A stretch of DNA of 62,133 bases from Ruminococcus bicirculans (ex Wegman et al. 2014) (GTDB lineage Bacteria > Bacillota > Clostridia > Christensenellales > DTU072): the NCBI GenBank assembly GCA_963642145.1, contig CAVIFU010000004.1, forward strand, positions 1 through 62,133, written 5' to 3'. This document shows, piece by piece, positions 55,803 through 62,133 of this stretch. The position numbers were made by a program, and so were the translations under genes. The first letter of the stretch is position 1; every line of letters begins with the position of its first letter. The notes beneath the pieces are model-generated. The model was not told where the DNA came from and ran no database searches. It saw nothing but the letters and a program-made list of their open reading frames with translations.

Positions 55803-57973
55803 TGGAAGACACTATTCGCAAAATCCATAAGGCGATACTCGCCGACGACGTAAAAACGCTGAGCTCCGTCTTCGTCGAAAGACGGTATTTGACGTTGTCT
55901 TTCGGCAGATTCCCGGTGCTCTCGCTCGCGTACATGTACGACGCGCGCAAGGTCATCAAACGTTTTGCTCCCGACCTCAAAAGAGTCGGTTCTTACGAAT
56001 ACACGGACGAATTCCCGGAGGATTACGTCAAGTTCAAGTCGCTTGCCGGCAAGGCGCTGCGCCTGTACTCGGACAAAACCGTTTCTCCCGCGGAAATTGC
56101 CGTACTCAAAGGCTACGGTTCGGAAGCAAAGTCAATACTTGACGACAGCAAGACGTCCAAGACCGCCGACGCCATCGCCGAACTGTACCGCGTCAAAGAA
56201 GGGCGTACCGTGCGCGACAAGAGCGGCAACGTCGTTATACCTCGGAGCAAGGCGCCGATGCAAGTAATAATTGTGGCGATATTGACAATCGTCCTTGCCT
56301 TGGGCGCTACGGGCGTCACGGCATACGCGTATAGAGTCGTGCCGTACCTAAACGGTAACGGACAAGACAAACCTTACGTGATATGTAACGCAAACGTACT
56401 TACGGAATTGCTCGCCTCGGAAGAGGAATCCAACTGCACGCTGGGCGCGGACATCCGATTATCCGACGTCAAGCAAACCGCCTCTAAACTCAATTTGGAC
56501 GGGTGCGGTTACACGATTTATGTGGACGGCGCGTGGAGCGGACCGCTCTTTTCGACAATAAGCGGCAGCATGAAAAACGTCCGCTTCGTCTTTGAAAATC
56601 TCTCGGCAAGCTTAGGCGCGGAGCAAGGACTCATTGCCAAAGAGGTTACCGGCACGATGAGCGGAATTACCGTCACTGCAAATGCGGTCGATCTCACTTT
56701 GAACGGTAACGGCGCCGTGATAGCATACAAAAATGCAGGCACCGTCGGCGACGTGACGGTTAATCTCAGTGGTACGATAAACGAGAGTTCGGGTAGCGAA
56801 CAATCTAATTTCGGGTGCCTGTTCGCGGTAAATTCGGGCGCCGTGGCAAACGTAACGGTCAATTTGGATCTGAGCGTTACGGGGGACGCGGAATCCGTTA
56901 CTTCCGAAAGTGAAGCCTCCGAAAAAGGCGATTATATCTTTGCCGGAGTCGTGGGCGAAAACAACGGTTCGATTTCTTCCGCGACGGTAAACGGCACGTT
57001 GAACGCGGTATCGCTTGACGTAAGCGCAATAGTTTGTTCCAACGGTACCGACGGCACTCTTACGGCGTGCGTCAACAACGCCGACATCACCCAACGCTCC
57101 TCTTCCGCTTTTTGGAATCCGAACGTAGCCGGAATAGCGTTTGAGAACAACGGCAAAATCACGTCCTGCGTAAATAACGGTAGTCTTTGTTCGATATCGG
57201 ATCAAACCGAGTCGAAGTCCGTTAACGCGATAGTTTGCGGAATCGTGGGCACAAACTACAAAGACGTCCGCCAATGTACCAACAACGGCGCGCTGACGGC
57301 TACGACAAATTACGGTGCCTTCCGCATAAGCGGAATTTGCAACATCAGTATCGGCACGATAGAGGGATCGACCAACACGGCAACGCTCACGGCGTCATCC
57401 GCTATGAATAGCGCGGACGATACAAACGTATTTTCTTTTGCCGGCGGCATAAGTGCCGAGAACTACTCGTTGATTTCGGAGTGCAAGAGTACGGGCGACA
57501 TCAATCTCGACTTAGCCGTTACATGCCTGTATGCGGGCGGAATTTCTGCCTATAACCACATAAGCACTAGCGCGCAATACACGGCAACGATAGAAAAATG
57601 CGGTACTTCCGGCAAAATAACCGCCAAAACGGACAAAACGACAAACTGGTTATTTATCGGCGGCATAAGCGGATACTTCGCAGGCTACATACAAGATTGC
57701 TTTACTTCGGTTGAGATAAGCGCTCCGGAGATAATCAGTTCCGAGTCTCAATCCGGCGGCACCATCGTAGACGGCATTTGCGGCGCGGCGGTAAACAGTC
57801 GGGCATTACCTACGTCTTGCTACTTTTTGAGTCGCGATAATTATAAGTACGGCGTTTGCAAAATCTCGTCGGAAACCTACTCGCGCATACTCTATTCGGT
57901 TGAAAAAGAGATCGCCGGAATGACAGCATGCGAAACCATGGAAGACCTGATAAATTCGGGGGTGTATTGGTAA
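55802..57973 (+). CDS. Type-II membrane protein: ~150-aa cytoplasmic head, one TM, extracellular GLUG/beta-helix-like repeats (723 aa)
   Basis: TM helix MQVIIVAILTIVLALGATGVTAYAY (aa ~153-177). Repeats include FAGVVGENNGSISSATVNG, VAGIAFENNGKITSCVNNG, VCGIVGTNYKDVRQCTNNG, FAGGISAENYSLISECKSTG and FIGGISGYFAGYIQDCF. A TAATG overlap joins it to the upstream gene. Confidence 0.85.
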   Translation: MEDTIRKIHKAILADDVKTLSSVFVERRYLTLSFGRFPVLSLAYMYDARKVIKRFAPDLKRVGSYEYTDEFPEDYVKFKSLAGKALRLYSDKTVSPAEIAVLKGYGSEAKSILDDSKTSKTADAIAELYRVKEGRTVRDKSGNVVIPRSKAPMQVIIVAILTIVLALGATGVTAYAYRVVPYLNGNGQDKPYVICNANVLTELLASEEESNCTLGADIRLSDVKQTASKLNLDGCGYTIYVDGAWSGPLFSTISGSMKNVRFVFENLSASLGAEQGLIAKEVTGTMSGITVTANAVDLTLNGNGAVIAYKNAGTVGDVTVNLSGTINESSGSEQSNFGCLFAVNSGAVANVTVNLDLSVTGDAESVTSESEASEKGDYIFAGVVGENNGSISSATVNGTLNAVSLDVSAIVCSNGTDGTLTACVNNADITQRSSSAFWNPNVAGIAFENNGKITSCVNNGSLCSISDQTESKSVNAIVCGIVGTNYKDVRQCTNNGALTATTNYGAFRISGICNISIGTIEGSTNTATLTASSAMNSADDTNVFSFAGGISAENYSLISECKSTGDINLDLAVTCLYAGGISAYNHISTSAQYTATIEKCGTSGKITAKTDKTTNWLFIGGISGYFAGYIQDCFTSVEISAPEIISSESQSGGTIVDGICGAAVNSRALPTSCYFLSRDNYKYGVCKISSETYSRILYSVEKEIAGMTACETMEDLINSGVYW

Positions 57974-58194
57974 TGAAAGGCAAAGTTTACAAAATAATTT
58001 TCTTATCGATTGCCGCCGCGGTGCTGATAACGGACATCGTGTTCGCCGTGCTGACGGGGATTTCCGCCGCTTCGATCAAAGCGGGGCTGTCGTTTGTCCC
58101 CGTATGGTTCAAGCCGTATTGCATAGCGATATTCGTTATCAACCCTTTGCTCGCGATACTCGGCGCGCTTTATCCGATATTTTGCAAAAAATAG
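57973..58194 (+). CDS. Small 2-TM membrane protein (73 aa)
   Basis: MKGKVYKIIFLSIAAAVLITDIVFAVLTG...CIAIFVINPLLAILGALYPIF, with a TAATG overlap to the upstream gene. Confidence 0.6.
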   Translation: MKGKVYKIIFLSIAAAVLITDIVFAVLTGISAASIKAGLSFVPVWFKPYCIAIFVINPLLAILGALYPIFCKK

Positions 58195-58237
58195 CTACAT
58201 TTCTGCTCAACTCCGCATATAATGCCGCGGAGGAGCA

Positions 58238-59746
58238 ATGGATAATAACGAAAACTTGAATCGCATGACGCGGATGACGGGAGAGCCCGTGTCCGACGAT
58301 AACTTTTCCGTCACGGACGAAACGGGGCGTATTCCCATAGAGGACAGTTATCTTATAGACAAACTCGCGCATTTCAACCGCGAACGCATTCCCGAACGCG
58401 TAGTACACGCCAAGGGTTGGGGCGCGCACGGTGAGTTTATCGCGACCAAGGACATGTCGCGGTACACGACGGCTAAACTCTTTGGCAAAGTCGGCAAAAA
58501 GACCGAGGTGCTTGCAAGGTTCTCGACCGTTGCCGGGGGCAGAGAATCGGCGGACACGGTACGTGATCCGCGCGGTTTTGCCGTCAAATTCTACACCGAG
58601 GACGGCAATCTTGACATTGTCGGCAACAACACCCCGGTATTTTTTATACGTGATCCCATCAAATTCCCGGACTTCATCCACTCGCAAAAAAAGAATCCAC
58701 GCACCAACTTGACGGATCCCAACGCACAATGGGACTTCCTGTCGCTCACGCCGGAGAGTCTAAATCAAGTCACCGTGCTGTATAGCGACCAAGGGATACC
58801 CTACGGCTTCCGATACATGGACGGATTCGGGACAAACACGTTCACTTGGTACAACGCAAAAGGCGAATGCAGATTCATCAAATACCACTTTATTTCCGAA
58901 CAAGGCATCAAAAACATCCCTCCCGATGAAGCCGAAAAGCTTGCCGGCGAAAGCCCGGACTTTGCCGGGGAAGACCTGCAAAAAGCCATCGCGCGCAAGG
59001 AATACCCTTCTTGGCGACTGAAAATCCAAATGATGTCCCGAGAACAAGCCGAGACCTATCGTTTCGATCCGTTCGACACCACCAAAACTTGGTACGAGGA
59101 GGACTTCCCTCTTATCGAGATCGGGCGCATGACGTTGAATCGCAATCCCCTCAATTTCTTTAACGAAATCGAACAGGCGGCGTTTTGTCCCGCGAACCTC
59201 GTGCCGGGGATGGGACCGAGCCCGGACAAGATGCTCCAAGCGCGCATGTTTGCGTATGCCGACACCCAGCGTTACCGCTTGGGCGTAAATCAAACGCGAG
59301 TCGGCGTCAATGCTCCCAAAAACGCCGTATTTAACTACGAACGCGACGGACATCTTGCAAAGAATCCCTCGGATACCGTAAATTACTACCCGAATTCCGA
59401 GCAACGCGTAAGCTTCACGCAAGGCGCGGAATCCCCTTGCGGCACGGTAACGGGCAAAATCAAACGTCACGCGCAAGAGATAGCGGACATAGACTTTGTG
59501 CAACCCGGGGACAGATACCGCGCGATGACTAAGGAGGAGCAATCACGGCTTATTCAAAACATATCTGACTCGCTTTCAAAGGCGGAACGGCGCATACAAT
59601 ACAGACAAACCGCGCTGTTCCTAAAAGCCGATGAAGACTATGGTAGAGGCGTTGCCGAAATCCTCAAACTGAACATGTCGGAAGTCAAACGCCTGTCGCT
59701 GATGACGCAAAAAGAACGCGTTTACGCGACATCTAAAAGACTGTAA
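58238..59746 (+). CDS. katA: Monofunctional haem catalase
   Basis: FNRERIPERVVHAKGWGAHGEF, RFSTVAGGRESADTVRDPRGFAVKFYT and R.FAYADTQRYRLG are canonical catalase blocks. Confidence 0.95.
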   Translation: MDNNENLNRMTRMTGEPVSDDNFSVTDETGRIPIEDSYLIDKLAHFNRERIPERVVHAKGWGAHGEFIATKDMSRYTTAKLFGKVGKKTEVLARFSTVAGGRESADTVRDPRGFAVKFYTEDGNLDIVGNNTPVFFIRDPIKFPDFIHSQKKNPRTNLTDPNAQWDFLSLTPESLNQVTVLYSDQGIPYGFRYMDGFGTNTFTWYNAKGECRFIKYHFISEQGIKNIPPDEAEKLAGESPDFAGEDLQKAIARKEYPSWRLKIQMMSREQAETYRFDPFDTTKTWYEEDFPLIEIGRMTLNRNPLNFFNEIEQAAFCPANLVPGMGPSPDKMLQARMFAYADTQRYRLGVNQTRVGVNAPKNAVFNYERDGHLAKNPSDTVNYYPNSEQRVSFTQGAESPCGTVTGKIKRHAQEIADIDFVQPGDRYRAMTKEEQSRLIQNISDSLSKAERRIQYRQTALFLKADEDYGRGVAEILKLNMSEVKRLSLMTQKERVYATSKRL

Positions 59747-59824
59747 ATCTACGCGCTATCGCGCGGTGATATACATGCCCTGCGCGACGGTAAAGGATTC
59801 TTTGATAGGATAGTTCGGTTTAAT

Positions 59825-59862
59825 TAAAATAACGGCGGCTCATACGAACCGCCGTTTGTGTT
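59825..59862. terminator. Bidirectional terminator (katA / TasA-like gene)
   Basis: AACGGCGG (59831-59838) pairs with CCGCCGTT (59849-59856). AAAAT lies upstream and TGTGTT downstream. Confidence 0.6.
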
Positions 59863-59899
59863 GCAATGGTTATTGCGTATAATACAATACGTTATATTG

Positions 59900-62083
59900 T
59901 TAGCCTTGAGGTAGAAGCGTCGTATCGCCGTTAGCTACCCACGTCGTTCCATCGTTTGTAATAACCTCCCAACTACCGTTGTTGCTTTGTTCAACCGAGA
60001 AGCCGCTAACGCCGTCAACTTTAAATATCTGTCCTTTGTCCCCATTGTCATAGTCGACAGGCGAAGTAACCGTGGTGTTTTTTACGGTTATCGTCGCACC
60101 CGATTGTGCACATGCCAAACGAACAAATCTACCGTTCATACCGATCAACTTGTTGCCGTCAAAGGTAAACGTACCGCAGTTCGCTTTGTTTGAGATCTGA
60201 ACGTTGTTACCTGAACATCCGTTAAACGTATTGTTCGATACCGTGAAGTTTGTCAATGTAGCAGTTGTGTTGTTCCAAGTAATTGCCTGATAATAAGAGT
60301 TCATTGTGCAACCGACAATGGTTATATTGTTGAAGCCCTTTACGCCGTCGTCTATGCCACAGAAGTTAGCGTCTGCCCCATCACTGCCTGCGTAGAGGAA
60401 GTGTACAACGGTGTTGCTCTTATCGCCCGTGCCGACGCAATCTTTTACGGTAAAGTTGTTTACATACAAGGTGGAGCCTTTGCAATTAGTTGCAGTATCG
60501 CTCAACTCAATTGCCGTTTGTTCTGTATTGTTAAAGGTTATACCTTCTATCGTGATGTTTGTAAGTGACAAGTAGCTGACAAAGCCTTTGTCCTTGTTCA
60601 TTTCGTCTTGGTTGGATGCTTTTGTACGTGCGCCTGCTTCGACTTTTATGCCGTCACAAGTAACGGTTGCGTTGTCTGCCGCCTTGATCGTCAATCCGTC
60701 GATTGCCCGATAGTATGCGGGGTAGTAGGTGACGTTTACATCCAGATCCTCGCGCCTCGTGCTTGCAGTCTTGGTTTGGCGCAAATACAGCATGCTGTAA
60801 TCGCCTTCGGTAAGAACCAATGTCATACCGTCGATGGAGCCGTATTTGCCGTCAAGATAATCCTGAACGTTGCTGCTGCTGTTTACCGCGACGGCGTTTT
60901 CAATATTGTAGATGATGTCTATCGGGCTGGCATGGAGGAGGTGTAGCGTAATATCGCCTGTATCGTAATTATATTCCGCATATTCGGCTGTTGTGCTTGC
61001 GGTTGTAAGGAGGAGTGCGCCATTGTGATAAATCTTTACGCCTGTCAAACCCGAGATATACTTGATAACTACCGTAACAAGAGTTTCATTGGTGTCGGCT
61101 ACCGGTAACGTCAAATTGTAGCTTGCTACGGACTGGGTCGCTTCAACGCCCACGCTTTGATTCTTCGCGGTGTCGGAAAGCGTTTTACCTACATACTCTA
61201 ATTTCTGCGCAACCGTTGTCTTCTTTGTTCCGTCACTGCCGGTGCTTACGTCGGTTGTGTCGAGAACAACACCCGTAGGATAAGTAACGGACATGACGTC
61301 GTCATCAATTACCTGAGCTTCGTCACCACCAACGGAAACCTTTCCGTCGTCAGTCTCCGTAACCGTAAGATTGCCGTTTGCCTTTGTCACAATGGCAGCG
61401 TTATCATCGGTTGCGGTGTTGCCTTGTACTTGCTCAATATGGAATAACAGACTGCAAGACATGTCTTTGTAGTCATTGTCTACATCGGTAGGAAGCTCTA
61501 CGTAGCAAGTGTATTCTTTTATTTTGGTTCCACCGCTTTCGGTTGCTATATCCAATGATTCCCACTTGCTGTAACCGTTGTTTACCGTTATGCCGGCAAT
61601 ATTAAATTCCAATACGTCAAGCAATTTGCCGCCATCGAGGTTTGTGCCGACAACGCTCATTCTGTACTTGGTCTTGACGTTGCTGTAATTGGTAATAGTA
61701 AGCTTAAACGTAACTTTGTCCCCGGGGACCATTTTATCAAGGAGCAAAAGTTGCTCGTTGTTTTCCTCAGCCAAAGCAACGGTTCCGCCGGTAGCGAAGG
61801 TACCGCCTTTTCCGTCATCATTGGTAGTCGCCAAGTTGGTATCCGTCTCAACGGCATTGCCGTCGTCCATTGAAATAGACGTAGGCGAATACAGCAAAAG
61901 ATCGCTTGCAACGGCAGTAATCTCAATTTTACCGCTTGTGACATTTACGTTTACTTTGTCTTCACTTGTGAATAACGCAAACGTTGCGCCGACGATGATT
62001 CCCGTGCACAGCAAAATCGCGAGCACGGCGGAAACAATAATGTTTCGCTTGGTTCTTTGGTTCTTTTTGTTTGTTTTTTCCAT
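59900..62083 (-). CDS. Secreted protein with SipW-type signal peptide, TasA/camelysin-like N-domain and C-terminal parallel beta-helix (727 aa)
   Basis: The N-terminus IIVSAVLAILLCTGIIVGATFALFTSEDKVNVNVTSGKIEI resembles the TasA-class signal, and MVPGDKVTFKLTITNYSN is camelysin-like. PbH1-like repeats include ITIEGITFNN, FTVKDCVGTG, ITIVGCTMNS and FTVSNNTFNGC. Confidence 0.8.
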   Translation of the reverse strand: MEKTNKKNQRTKRNIIVSAVLAILLCTGIIVGATFALFTSEDKVNVNVTSGKIEITAVASDLLLYSPTSISMDDGNAVETDTNLATTNDDGKGGTFATGGTVALAEENNEQLLLLDKMVPGDKVTFKLTITNYSNVKTKYRMSVVGTNLDGGKLLDVLEFNIAGITVNNGYSKWESLDIATESGGTKIKEYTCYVELPTDVDNDYKDMSCSLLFHIEQVQGNTATDDNAAIVTKANGNLTVTETDDGKVSVGGDEAQVIDDDVMSVTYPTGVVLDTTDVSTGSDGTKKTTVAQKLEYVGKTLSDTAKNQSVGVEATQSVASYNLTLPVADTNETLVTVVIKYISGLTGVKIYHNGALLLTTASTTAEYAEYNYDTGDITLHLLHASPIDIIYNIENAVAVNSSSNVQDYLDGKYGSIDGMTLVLTEGDYSMLYLRQTKTASTRREDLDVNVTYYPAYYRAIDGLTIKAADNATVTCDGIKVEAGARTKASNQDEMNKDKGFVSYLSLTNITIEGITFNNTEQTAIELSDTATNCKGSTLYVNNFTVKDCVGTGDKSNTVVHFLYAGSDGADANFCGIDDGVKGFNNITIVGCTMNSYYQAITWNNTTATLTNFTVSNNTFNGCSGNNVQISNKANCGTFTFDGNKLIGMNGRFVRLACAQSGATITVKNTTVTSPVDYDNGDKGQIFKVDGVSGFSVEQSNNGSWEVITNDGTTWVANGDTTLLPQG

Positions 62084-62133
62084 ATAATTCTCCTTTCCGA
62101 AAATTTTTTACCACATTTATTTTGTTCATCTAA

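Overview
This 62 kb window looks like a chromosomal segment from a Bacillota (Firmicutes)-type bacterium. Supporting signals are AGGAGG-type ribosome-binding sites, near-consensus TTGACA-17-TATAAT promoters, tRNAs with encoded CCA, lipobox and SipW-type signal peptides, and all three standard stop codons in use. I saw no rRNA, CRISPR array, transposase, integrase or prophage gene.

Gene content in order:
- Two minus-strand tRNAs (Ser-GGA, Val-CAC), then mgtE behind a structured leader.
- A puuR-like regulator followed by potABCD.
- One 12.2 kb ORF encoding a 4063-aa, N-terminally anchored repeat protein with a GLUG-type C-terminus.
- A phosphohexomutase fused to the GlmU acetyltransferase domain, then mtnN.
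- A long minus-strand operon: ABC ATPase, 546-aa permease, two tandem paralogous Big_2/beta-helix secreted proteins, and a 338-aa membrane protein.
- nagB, a SIS-domain protein, tRNA-Thr, a MATE pump, two hydrolases and a metallophosphoesterase.
- PFOR (nifJ) and an FAD protein.
- Two GPH-type symporters flanking an LRR lipoprotein.
- aroC, an SDR and an LMW-PTP.
- A five-gene, fully translationally coupled plus-strand operon, then catalase and a TasA/SipW-type beta-helix protein.

The strongest novelty candidate is the five-gene operon at 51.7-58.2 kb. It encodes an RF1 paralogue that keeps GGQ but lacks the PxT decoding loop, an SF1 helicase, a coiled-coil protein, a GLUG membrane protein and a 2-TM peptide. 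Other items worth follow-up are the GlmM-GlmU(C) fusion, the giant surface protein, the paralogue pair with its ABC exporter, and a leader-peptide/attenuator arrangement upstream of mgtE. All family calls come from motif recognition by eye; no database search was run.
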